DNA of 58,173 bases, taken from positions 1 to 58,173 of the forward strand of contig WUQU01000530.1 of NCBI GenBank assembly GCA_009889605.1. The letters run 5' to 3'. The notes below the pieces were generated by a model. The model searched no databases. It was not told the origin of the DNA and was given only the letters and a program-made list of their open reading frames with translations. Of this stretch, positions 9,558 to 18,332 are shown piece after piece; position 1 is the stretch's first letter; each line of letters starts with the position of its first letter. The position numbers were made by a program, and so were the translations under genes. Source of the DNA: Candidatus Bathyarchaeota archaeon (GTDB lineage Archaea > Thermoproteota > Bathyarchaeia > Bathyarchaeales > Bathycorpusculaceae).

Positions 9558-9989
9558 TTAAATGGTCAGCCGCCGCCAAAGCCTAATTGTCTCAAACCAC
9601 AAAACGACAACCATGGCAAAGCTTACGCCAATCAAGTAAGGAACAAAATCCAACCCGCTCCAAGTTGCAGCCGAGAAGAAGATCACAAGAATGGTGAAGA
9701 ACAAAGAGAAGAAGAACAGTTGCGGTACCACAGCAGGCCCAATTTTCGAGTAACCTTCAAGAATCCTTTCAGACGCCTCCTTAACCGCATAATACCTCCC
9801 ATACTCATCTTGACCGGCTAACCCCGCTTCCAAAAGTTTCCCCAAATGATACGAAGCAAGCGAGGCTGAAGAAAACTCGAGTCCACGCTGAACATCTCTG
9901 AGTTCACATGGTCCATGCTTAAGCAAATACAGGTAGATTTTCAACGTTTTGCCTCTAATTTCCTTATTACCCGACATTTCAAAGAACAA
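9558..9989 (-). CDS. Membrane-tethered winged-helix (ArsR-like) regulator
   Basis: N-terminal wHTH (TLKIYLYLLKHGPCELRDVQRGLEFSSASLASYHLGKLLEAGL), then two C-terminal hydrophobic helices. Confidence 0.6.
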   Translation of the reverse strand: MFFEMSGNKEIRGKTLKIYLYLLKHGPCELRDVQRGLEFSSASLASYHLGKLLEAGLAGQDEYGRYYAVKEASERILEGYSKIGPAVVPQLFFFSLFFTILVIFFSAATWSGLDFVPYLIGVSFAMVVVLWFETIRLWRRLTI

Positions 9990-10100
9990 AAAGGAGAATC
10001 ACATTACTTAACCTTACGATTCAATCAAGAAAACTGAAAACGCGAATTGCGTCAACTGTTCAGGAAGCGCAAGGGAAAGGCTGATGTTTTGTCCAAACAA

Positions 10101-10178
10101 TGGTGCGGCCGCCGGGATTTGAACCCGGGTCGTCAGCGTGGCAGGCTGATGTCCTAGTCCAGGCTAGACTACGGCCGC
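10101..10178 (-). tRNA. tRNA-Gly (anticodon GCC) with encoded CCA
   Basis: The cloverleaf reads on the minus strand. Acceptor GCGGCCG/CGGCCGC, anticodon stem UCAGC/GCUGA with loop CUGCCAC, T arm CCGGG-UUCAAAU-CCCGG, discriminator A plus CCA. Confidence 0.9.
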
Positions 10179-10366
10179 GCGCGATTCTAGTTTTAGTATT
10201 AAGGATTTAGATAAAAAGCTTATTTTGCGCTTCCACGGCTGAACTCTATGGATTTCATGTTCGTAAGGTTTAACCTTCATAAGTTTCTCGCCAAAGTCTT
10301 AGGCGAAGAGTTCTATTTAAACATAAATGATTATTAACCCACTTTAAAAAGAGGGGGGAAGGAGGG

Positions 10367-10732
10367 CTAATGCGCCACAAATGGTTTTTTAACCTGTTCT
10401 ACGGCTTTCAGAGTCATTATTTTTGGCATGTAATGACTTATTGCAAGTATTGCTCCCCACGTGGCGAACGTGGCAATGGACATGGCTGAACCTACGGTGG
10501 CCATTTCATGAAGCATTATGGGCATATCTGCAGGGTTCGCCATGGCCGTTAAGAACGGCGGCCACGGGACAACTTCAGCATGCCACACGTGCTCTACCGC
10601 TAGCAGGATTACGCCACCCCACAAAAGTGCATTGAGAATCCAAAGCTTCAATTTTTCAGCAAGGCTTCGTGCAGTTTTCTGCATGATTGAGGTTATAACC
10701 GCCAGAGCCATTGGAACTAGGAAGCACGCCAT
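10367..10732 (-). CDS. Small membrane protein, paralogue A of a divergent pair
   Basis: 121 aa with several TM helices. Shares the motif LLWGGVILLAVEH with the neighbouring gene. Confidence 0.5.
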   Translation of the reverse strand: MACFLVPMALAVITSIMQKTARSLAEKLKLWILNALLWGGVILLAVEHVWHAEVVPWPPFLTAMANPADMPIMLHEMATVGSAMSIATFATWGAILAISHYMPKIMTLKAVEQVKKPFVAH

Positions 10733-10792
10733 TTACCCTTTTTCCTCCAGTAACACTAAATTTATATTCCGTAATACTTGTAGATAAGCCTA

Positions 10793-11104
10793 TTGGAGGA
10801 AAACACCATGTGGCTAATCATCCTCGCATTCGCAGCCGCAATCGCCACGCCAATATGGTATGCTAAAGCTGAAGAAGACAAGTATATGCTTAAACTTCTC
10901 TGCCTCATACTCTGGGGAGCAACAATAATGGTTCTGGTTGATCACACAATGGGCTTCCTAACGGAAGGCGGCGAATTCTTCGAATTAACCCCCGGAGCAA
11001 CAGTTTTAGGCTTCACCATGCTAACAGCCGCACTTGTAATCTGGGAAATCGCATTACTGCTCAAAGACCCAAAAGGCGTGCTCTACAAAAAGAAAAACGA
11101 ATAA
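10793..11104 (+). CDS. Small membrane protein, paralogue B of a divergent pair
   Basis: 103 aa. Motif LILWGATIMVLVDH aligns with LLWGGVILLAVEH of 10367-10732. Confidence 0.5.
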   Translation: MEENTMWLIILAFAAAIATPIWYAKAEEDKYMLKLLCLILWGATIMVLVDHTMGFLTEGGEFFELTPGATVLGFTMLTAALVIWEIALLLKDPKGVLYKKKNE

Positions 11105-11335
11105 AAACCTTTTACCTTCAACCTTCCTTTTTATCCCACAACAACCATTAAAAACGCGCCAGCTTCAGCTTACATAATTTATTTCGTCATGTTTACAACT
11201 TTTCGAAGCTCACACTCCAACACTCAAACACCCCCCTTTGATTCGCAACTCTTTCGCCCTTCCACTGTCAAGTTTTTGGAAAAGGTTAAATCTTGACGCG
11301 AATAGTTTGCTAAACTGTTTCACGCGGTGGTTAAC

Positions 11336-11615
11336 ATGCCTGACATTTTAGACATCGCAAAACTCGTTATACCCTTAGTTGCAGGAATAGCCGCAGGCTA
11401 CTTTCTGAAGGAAAGAAAACGCCTAAACCTCAACAAGATAACATCCGCAATAATTTTGGTTTTTGATTTTTTCCCTAGGCTTCACCATGGGCTCAAATAA
11501 CGAGTTGCTGGCGGTTCTGCTAAACGTGGGACTAACAACCATAGTGCTCCTAACCACAGCCTTGTTTTTCAGCATACTCTTTGTCAAGGCAACTAGAAAA
11601 CCGGTGAAAACATGA
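11336..11615 (+). pseudogene. LysO/DUF340-like small membrane subunit, frameshifted
   Basis: ATG 11336 frame (MPDILDIAKLVIPLVAGIAAGYFL...) stops at 11498. The +1 frame continues ...FLIFSLGFTMGSNNELLAVLL... and ends in an ATGA overlap with the next gene. The switch lies in T-runs 11454-11472. Confidence 0.55.
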
Positions 11616-12223
11616 TGAAACACATTTTAGCCGCCCTCGCCATCGGACTGTTAGCCGGCTACCTAAACAACAATTTCGGCTTTCCACAGCTTAACATGGT
11701 TATATCCGACTATGCTTTCAATTCATCCCTCATCGCGCTGCTGTTTTTCATGGGCTTACTCTTCGGAGCAGACAAAGAAGCCTTAACGAAACTGCGAAAA
11801 ACAGGATTCAAAATTTTAGCTTTCCCCATCGCCATAGCTTTAGGAGGCATAACAGGCAGACTTGTAGGAGGCATACTCCTCGGAACTAACGTGTATGCCT
11901 CCATGGGAGTGTGCGCTGGCTACGGCTGGTACACGCTTGCAGGCCCATTAGCCGGTTAACTCTTCGGAGTGGAATGGGGCGCCGTGGGCTTCGCAGTCAA
12001 CTTCCTGAGAGAAATCACCACAATAGTAGCAGTGTCTGCGGTGAAAAAAATTGACAAGTACGCGCTAGTAGCCATGGGAGGAGCCACAGCCATGGACACA
12101 ACCCTGCCAGTCATAGCGCGCTACTGCGGCCAAGATATGCTAATAACAGCCTTCTCCAGCGGCTTCATACTAACAATGATAGCGCCTTTCGCGATAACCA
12201 CAATAGCCGCCCTCGCCCATTAA
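11612..12223 (+). pseudogene. LysO/DUF340-family exporter-like membrane protein with in-frame TAA
   Basis: ORFs 11612-11959 and 11969-12223 are in the same frame, separated by TAA 11957-11959 (...GYGWYTLAGPLAG*LFGVEWGAVGFAVNFLREI...GGATAMDTTLPVI). Confidence 0.6.
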
Positions 12224-12290
12224 AAACTTCAAAAGTCTTGTAACTAACAACAAACTTGCCGGAAGCCAAAGTTTAAGACGAAGGGTGCGG

Positions 12291-12314
12291 TAAAAAATAT
12301 ATATCTTATATACC
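12291..12314 (+). promoter_or_regulatory. Candidate TATA/BRE region for the Pat-like gene
   Basis: TAAAAAATATATATCTTATATACC lies about 45-65 nt upstream of GTG 12358, with an SD-like GCAGGAG at 12341-12347. Confidence 0.3.
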
Positions 12315-12357
12315 AAATTACAACCTAGAGGCGTTTTTAAGCAGGAGTTCTCCAAAA

Positions 12358-15039
12358 GTGGGCACTGAAAACCTCGACAAAATTTTCAACCCTAAAAGAA
12401 TAGCCGTAATAGGAGCCAGCGACAGAGAAGGCTCCGTCGGCGCCAAACTGCTACGAAACCTTGTAGGTGTAGGATATACAGGCGCAGTTTACCCAGTAAA
12501 CCCTTTCAAAACCACAATCCAAGGCATAACAGCCTATCCAAGCATAACAAAAATTCCATGGAAGGTAGACCTCGCAATCATCGCAACACCAGCCCATACA
12601 GTACCCCAGATCGTAGAAGAATGCGGAAAAGCTGGAGTCTCAGGGGTAATCATAATCTCAGCAGGGTTCAGAGAAGCAAGCAAAGAAGGAGAAGCCCTTG
12701 AAAAACAGATTCTTGAACATAAAAACCGTTACAACATGCGCATAATAGGGCCAAACAGCCTTGGAGTCATAAGGCCGAAAATAGGGCTGAACGCAACCTT
12801 TGCAGACAAAACCGCCACGCCCGGGAGAATAACATTCATATCCCAAAGCGCAGCACTATGCGCATCGGCATTGGATTGGGCTTCAGAAGCCAACATAGGA
12901 TTCAGCGCCGTGGTTTCAACAGGCTCAATGATAGACGTGGACTTCGGTGATTTAATAGACTATTTCGGAGCAGACCCCCAGACACGAAGCATAATCTTAT
13001 ACATGGAATGCGTCACCAAAGCACGGAAATTCATGAGCGCAGCAAGGGGATTCGCCCGAGCCAAACCAATAGTGGTGATAAAGGCTGGACGGTTCCCAGA
13101 AAGCGCAGAAGCAACCTTTTTTCACATAGGCGCTTTATGCGGAGAAGACGCTGTTTACGATGCAGCCTTCAAACGCGCCGGCATAGTACGCGTAGAAGCC
13201 ATAGACGACCTATTTAACTGTGCAGAAGCATTAGCAATGCGGGCAAACCCAAAAGGCCCAAACCTAACAATAATCACAAATGCTGGCGGACCAGCAATAA
13301 TGGCTACAGACTGCCTCATATCTAGAGGGGGACGCCTCGCCCAGTTAAGCAATGAAACAGTTCAATCTTTAAAAACTGTTTTACCTCCATACTGCTGTGC
13401 CACTAACCCCGTAGACATCTTGGAAGAGGCAACAGTTGATAGATTTAAAAAAGTAATGGAAATATGCTTTAAAGACCAGAACAGCGACGGTTTCCTAGTC
13501 ATATACACGCCTCAAGGAGCAGCTGACCCCGTCTCCACGGTTAAGGCTATAATTGAAGCTTCAAGGCATACGTCGAAGCCTGTGTTAGCGTCTTTTATCG
13601 GCGGGGGGGTATGTCGAAAAGCCAGGCAATTTCTACAAAAAAAAGGCATTCCTGCTTTTAACACACCAGAACAAGCAGTTTCCACTTTCATGTACATGTA
13701 TAGCTATACCCAAAACTTGGAGCTTCTCTATCAAACTCCTGAGGAAATTTCTGTCGAGGTTTCCATCCCAACGTTCCTTAAGGAAGTTTTAAGGAAGGCT
13801 TTTAACAATGGGCGGCGCATTCTAAATCAGGCTGAGTCTCTGCATTTTCTTGAAGCCTATTCGATTCCAGTTATAAAAACTGTGGTGGCTAAAACGCCTG
13901 AAGGGGCTGAAAACATAGCTTCAGAGTTGGGATATCCCATAGTGATGAAGGCTTTGTCTCCGCAGATAATTCACAAATCAAAAGCAGGTGGGGTAATCCT
14001 CAACGTCTGGTCTCCAGCGGAAGTTAAAACCTTTTTCAACAAACTTGTCGAAAGAATGAAAGAGGCCCATCCAGAAGCAGAATTTCAAGGCGTTGTCTTG
14101 CAACCCATGGTCTGGAAGAAAGGTTACGAGCTTCTGCTGGGCGCCAAAAAAGACCCCCAGTTCGGCTCGGTCATAATTTTTGGAACAGGTGGCGTTGCCG
14201 CAGAATTAACTCAAGACATAAGCGTTGGACTCCCTCCTCTGAACCAGGTGCTTGCAAGACGGCTTATAGAAAAAACCAGAATCTACAAAATTTCTAAGGA
14301 AAGCGACTTCCGCCCTAACTTTAGGCTTCTTGAAGAAATTTTGGTAAAATTCTCCCAGTTTGTCATAGATTTTCCGGAAATAAAAACAGTAGAAATAAAC
14401 CCGCTGATAGTGGATGAAAGTAGCGCTGTAGCTGTTGATGCCAGAATAGAGATTGACCCGGAAAAAATTTTGAAGGAAACCCACCCACACGAGCATATTG
14501 TAATAGCACCGTACCCTAGAAAATATGTTACCCCATGGACTTTGAAAAACGGAGCTAAAGTGGTTCTGCGTCCCATAAAACCTGAAGATGAGGCTTTACT
14601 CCGCGAGTTTTATTGCTCGCTTTCAGAAGAAACCATACAGTTCCGATTCTTTCAAGTGTTCAGAGAGTTTTCCCATGAAACCTTGACAAGACACTGCAAC
14701 CTCGACTATGACAGGGAAATAGCTATAGTAGCCGAAACCCGGGAACCCACAAGAAAAATCGTTGGGGTTAGTTTGCTTACAACGGATCCCGGTAGAAAAC
14801 ACGGCGAATTTGCGGTTGTTGTTGGAGACCAATGGCAAGGGATAGGCTTAGGATCGAAACTCGTTGACTGCGCCATCGAAGTTGGCAAGGACATGGGGTT
14901 GGAAACCATATACGGCTATGTAAGCTCAAACAATTTTAGAATGATTGAACTGTGCACAAGAAAGGGTTTCAATGTTACGCGTGTCGATGCGGAGCTTGTT
15001 AAAGCGACTTTAGATTTAACTATGAAAAAGGAAGCTTAA
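12358..15039 (+). CDS. Fused ADP-forming acyl-CoA synthetase-like (alpha+beta) / GNAT acetyltransferase, Pat/YfiQ-type architecture
   Basis: CoA-binding N-terminus NPKRIAVIGASDREGSVG, CoA-ligase and ATP-grasp regions, and a C-terminal GNAT with QWQGIGLGSKLVDCAI. Its 893 aa matches the large Pat class. Confidence 0.8.
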   Translation: MGTENLDKIFNPKRIAVIGASDREGSVGAKLLRNLVGVGYTGAVYPVNPFKTTIQGITAYPSITKIPWKVDLAIIATPAHTVPQIVEECGKAGVSGVIIISAGFREASKEGEALEKQILEHKNRYNMRIIGPNSLGVIRPKIGLNATFADKTATPGRITFISQSAALCASALDWASEANIGFSAVVSTGSMIDVDFGDLIDYFGADPQTRSIILYMECVTKARKFMSAARGFARAKPIVVIKAGRFPESAEATFFHIGALCGEDAVYDAAFKRAGIVRVEAIDDLFNCAEALAMRANPKGPNLTIITNAGGPAIMATDCLISRGGRLAQLSNETVQSLKTVLPPYCCATNPVDILEEATVDRFKKVMEICFKDQNSDGFLVIYTPQGAADPVSTVKAIIEASRHTSKPVLASFIGGGVCRKARQFLQKKGIPAFNTPEQAVSTFMYMYSYTQNLELLYQTPEEISVEVSIPTFLKEVLRKAFNNGRRILNQAESLHFLEAYSIPVIKTVVAKTPEGAENIASELGYPIVMKALSPQIIHKSKAGGVILNVWSPAEVKTFFNKLVERMKEAHPEAEFQGVVLQPMVWKKGYELLLGAKKDPQFGSVIIFGTGGVAAELTQDISVGLPPLNQVLARRLIEKTRIYKISKESDFRPNFRLLEEILVKFSQFVIDFPEIKTVEINPLIVDESSAVAVDARIEIDPEKILKETHPHEHIVIAPYPRKYVTPWTLKNGAKVVLRPIKPEDEALLREFYCSLSEETIQFRFFQVFREFSHETLTRHCNLDYDREIAIVAETREPTRKIVGVSLLTTDPGRKHGEFAVVVGDQWQGIGLGSKLVDCAIEVGKDMGLETIYGYVSSNNFRMIELCTRKGFNVTRVDAELVKATLDLTMKKEA

Positions 15040-15098
15040 GCTTTAATCTCTGGCGATATTTTTCAGATTTCCAAAAAATAGATAAATCTGCGAATGTT

Positions 15099-16433
15099 TT
15101 GAGAAAGGTAAAGGTTAAGAACTTGACTTTGTATTTGGGTTTTCTAATTTATCAAAGAGGGTTTCCAAGTTTGGGGTTGGTGGATCCGTTAACCGCTATA
15201 GTCGCCTCTTTCCTTTTATTAGGAGTGATGCTGTATAGGCGTGTAAACCTTGGCATAACCTTAAACGCCACAGCTATCTTCATGGCTTTACTTGCCCTTG
15301 ACTGGCGCGAAATTCCAAGCACGGTTTACGCCAGCGTTAACCCTATGACTATAGAAGGGCGGTTAACAATCTCTGTGGTATTTGCAACCTTTGGCATAAT
15401 GTGGTTAAGCCAGCTTTACAAAGAAACAGGCATCATTAAACAGTTAAGCGAAAGCTTAAGCAGAATAATTAGAAACTCGAAAATTGTTTCAAGCCTGCTT
15501 CCAGCGGTTATAGGGCTGCTTCCAGTTGCTGGCGGCGCGTTAATGTCAGCGCCAATCGTTGATGCTGAAGCTGAAAAATTAAAGCTTAAACCTGAAAAGA
15601 AAGCCTACATTAACATATGGTTTAGGCACATAGTTCTTCCAGTTTACCCTTTAAGTTTGTTTCTAATAATCACTGTGGCCTTAACAGGAACCACCATAGT
15701 ATCGGTGGTATTGCGGCAAATCCCTATAGTTGTTGCGATGATAATTATAGGATACTTGATAGGTTTCTGGAAAGTGTCTAATCAAACGGAAGAAACAGAA
15801 GGCAAAGCGAAAAATGACTTGAAAGCAGAAACAAAAGTCTTTTTGAAGACTTTTTCGCCGATAATGGCAACTATTGTTGCAGCGGTTTTTATAGGCGTAT
15901 TAAGCTATAATTTGCCGAGAACGGGAGTGGACGTTTTAATAGCGACGTTTTTAGGCCTAATGGTTTTGGCATTGGTTTCAAAGTCAAGCCTTAAAGCGTT
16001 TGTAAACCCCTTAAAAGAATCCGTAATTTACGACGTTACGTGTGCAACTTACGGCGCCTTTTTGCTTAGAAATGTGATGAGTGCTGCGGAAATTTCTGAA
16101 ATTTTCAAGCCTCTAGTGGCAAGCGGAAGAGTTGACACCACTTTGCTGTTAGTGGTGATTCCAACAGTTTTAGGTTTCTTGATAGGTTCACCTTCCGGAG
16201 GGGTAGCCATAAGCGTATCCATGTTAGGGGGGATTTTAACTTTCTCGCCGAAAACCGCGGTGTTAATCTACATGGGGGCTTATCTGGGATATGTTGTTGC
16301 ACCCACCCATTTGTGCTTCACGTTCACAGCAGAGTATTTTAAAAGTTCCATTGGAAAAATCTACAAGTATTTGGTTCCATCCTTTATAGGAACCTTCGCG
16401 GCAGTAATGCTCTTTTATTTTCTGCCTTTCTAG
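15099..16433 (+). CDS. Polytopic permease (DUF401 / ArsB-NhaD-superfamily-like)
   Basis: More than 10 hydrophobic segments and LPVAGGALMSAPIV. The true start may be internal to the 444-aa ORF. Confidence 0.5.
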   Translation: MRKVKVKNLTLYLGFLIYQRGFPSLGLVDPLTAIVASFLLLGVMLYRRVNLGITLNATAIFMALLALDWREIPSTVYASVNPMTIEGRLTISVVFATFGIMWLSQLYKETGIIKQLSESLSRIIRNSKIVSSLLPAVIGLLPVAGGALMSAPIVDAEAEKLKLKPEKKAYINIWFRHIVLPVYPLSLFLIITVALTGTTIVSVVLRQIPIVVAMIIIGYLIGFWKVSNQTEETEGKAKNDLKAETKVFLKTFSPIMATIVAAVFIGVLSYNLPRTGVDVLIATFLGLMVLALVSKSSLKAFVNPLKESVIYDVTCATYGAFLLRNVMSAAEISEIFKPLVASGRVDTTLLLVVIPTVLGFLIGSPSGGVAISVSMLGGILTFSPKTAVLIYMGAYLGYVVAPTHLCFTFTAEYFKSSIGKIYKYLVPSFIGTFAAVMLFYFLPF

Positions 16434-16490
16434 AAGCCTACTCAAAATGTTTAAAAGCTTCAAAACCTTCACAACCCTAACAGAGTTGCC

Positions 16491-16760
16491 ATGAGTCTAA
16501 ACGCAGAAAACTTTTACGGTTTAGGTGTTGCCTTAATCTTTTTAGGCACGTTAATAGTTCTGGCAGCTTTCGTTTTACTTCTTACCTCAAGTTTTAGAGG
16601 GGAAAAAGTGAGAGGTGGCGGAGCAGTAATAATTGGTCCGTTCCCAATAATTTTCGGAACCGATAGGGAGACAGTTAAGACTGTTTTGTGGCTTTCAATA
16701 GCGCTTACGCTTCTCCTTCTATTGGTTATGGTTGTGTTCCACTTCCTCTACGGCGGGTGA
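16491..16760 (+). CDS. DUF131/TIGR00304-like small archaeal membrane protein (copy 1)
   Basis: TM helix, then GGGAVIIGPFPIIFGTD, then a second TM helix. Confidence 0.6.
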   Translation: MSLNAENFYGLGVALIFLGTLIVLAAFVLLLTSSFRGEKVRGGGAVIIGPFPIIFGTDRETVKTVLWLSIALTLLLLLVMVVFHFLYGG

Positions 16761-16769
16761 AAAGCCATA

Positions 16770-17126
16770 ATGAACTCGGAGGAGAGCGAGCAAAAAGCGG
16801 AAGAACAATGGGTTAAAGGATTTCTAGTCTTGTTCTTCATAGGGTTTTTCATAATTTTAGCAGGCATAATATTTTTAGTCATCGCCGCCTTGTCTTCGGA
16901 AGGCTCAACAAGTTTCGGCGGTTTCGTGTTAATAGGTCCGTTTCCAATAGTTTTCGGCGGTGGGCCTGGTGCCCCGTGGCTGGTTTTGTTCGCCATAATT
17001 CTGGGCGTTTTAAGCCTAATAATGTTCCTTATAATGCGGAAAAGCAGTAAGGAGGCTTTTAGGTTCCGCTTTCTTTTTCCTCTCTGCCGTAGAGGATGTA
17101 CAGGAATATTAAGACTAGAACAATGA
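16770..17126 (+). CDS. DUF131/TIGR00304-like small archaeal membrane protein (copy 2)
   Basis: Same layout with GGFVLIGPFPIVFGGG. Tandem paralogue of the preceding gene. The C-terminal 25 aa are doubtful. Confidence 0.55.
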   Translation: MNSEESEQKAEEQWVKGFLVLFFIGFFIILAGIIFLVIAALSSEGSTSFGGFVLIGPFPIVFGGGPGAPWLVLFAIILGVLSLIMFLIMRKSSKEAFRFRFLFPLCRRGCTGILRLEQ

Positions 17127-17226
17127 ATGTCGCGGTCATAAGGATTATTTTGAGGGTTTCAAAGTATGGACCTATTTCCACCGCAAATTCCCCTTTTTCA
17201 CCCTTTCCTATTTTGAGTTGAGATAT

Positions 17227-17637
17227 TTAAAGCGTTGGTTTCTTCCACTCCGCCATTAAAGACTCATAGAGCTCGTCGTGGCTTTCTATGGTTTCATACC
17301 ACCCTAAAATTTTAGCTATTTTCTGTGCTATGAGATGATAACATAAGTGTACTTCACGGTCTAGGACTCGGAAGTAGAAGTCGTCGCATGTGCAGAACTC
17401 GGCATTAGGCATTATCAAGTAGTCACGTTCTTTCCCAACCACAATCCATACTACTTTGCCGCTGGGCTTGAAAATGTACTTTTTCACTCTGTTCTCTTTT
17501 AGGGCTTCGAAGGCTTTTGTGAAGCGCTGTCCAAAAGCTTCGTAAAGTTTTGTCAGGTTTTCTCCTGTGAGTTTGCCCTCGGCTTTCGCTTCTTTACACA
17601 CAGCGTTTAACAAGTCATCTTCGCTGTTTATGTCCAT
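17227..17637 (-). CDS. SWIM zinc-finger protein
   Basis: CxC...CxH signature: FCTCDDFYFRVLDREVHLCYHLIA. Confidence 0.7.
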   Translation of the reverse strand: MDINSEDDLLNAVCKEAKAEGKLTGENLTKLYEAFGQRFTKAFEALKENRVKKYIFKPSGKVVWIVVGKERDYLIMPNAEFCTCDDFYFRVLDREVHLCYHLIAQKIAKILGWYETIESHDELYESLMAEWKKPTL

Positions 17638-17685
17638 GCTGGCACAGGCTTTGGCGCCAAAGTGGCGCGCGCATAATGTGGGATT

Positions 17686-18291
17686 TCATTCTATTTTGAT
17701 TGGTTCGCCTTTAGGCTTTCTCTCTTCCTTTGTTTTGGGCAGTGTGACCTCTAAAACTCCGTTTTTATATTGTGTTTTGGCTTCTTTTACGTTTACTTTT
17801 GCTGGAAGCGTTATTTCCTTATGGTATTTCCTTTGAGGAGTGTCCACTGTTATGGTTAAAGTGTCCTCTGTGCCGTGAAGCTTTATATCTTCTTTTTCTA
17901 CGCCTGGAAGTTCTGCAACCACATGGACTTCTCCGTCTGTTTCAACAATGTCCACGAGAGGTTCACGTTCTTCTTTGACTTTTGGTCCGAGACGGCTGGG
18001 TTTAACGTTTCCAAACTCTCGGATTTCAGGTTTCCCATCAGGGCCTATTTTTATGCTGTAACCGTATACGAAGGGGCCCCACTCTTTTATGGTTGAACCG
18101 TCGGGAAGTTTGCGTTCTCTAACATAGTCTTTAGGAACTTGTGAAGTGAAGACTTTGAATTCTTCTTCCATCATTTTTTCCATTTCGCGGAACATTTTGT
18201 CAATGTCTTCGAAGAACCAGCCTCCGAAGGATGGAAAGCGCCTACGCCTAAACCATTCTGGAAAATCCTCTTCATTAGGCATAAATTTCAC
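17686..18291 (-). CDS. Small heat-shock protein (Hsp20/alpha-crystallin)
   Basis: ACD core PLVDIVETDGEVHVVAELPGVEKEDIKL...YKNGVLEVTLPK. Confidence 0.9.
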   Translation of the reverse strand: MKFMPNEEDFPEWFRRRRFPSFGGWFFEDIDKMFREMEKMMEEEFKVFTSQVPKDYVRERKLPDGSTIKEWGPFVYGYSIKIGPDGKPEIREFGNVKPSRLGPKVKEEREPLVDIVETDGEVHVVAELPGVEKEDIKLHGTEDTLTITVDTPQRKYHKEITLPAKVNVKEAKTQYKNGVLEVTLPKTKEERKPKGEPIKIE

Positions 18292-18332
18292 CCCTTTAAA
18301 TCTTGAAGGAGGCTTTCTCTATAAACTTTGCG

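Noticed and set aside
10101-10366. tRNA-Gly as an integration site for a mobile element covering the 10.3-12.2 kb membrane-gene islet
   Set aside because: No integrase, no recombinase, and no duplicated copy of the tRNA 3' end were spotted downstream.
17059-17181. 40-aa minus-strand mini-ORF (GTG start; VEIGPYFETLKIILMTATFIVLVLIFLYILYGREEKESGT) with one TM helix, downstream of the SWIM gene
   Set aside because: It is too short to support without conservation data, and it overlaps the tail of the second DUF131-like ORF. It may be real, but the call rests on hydrophobicity alone.
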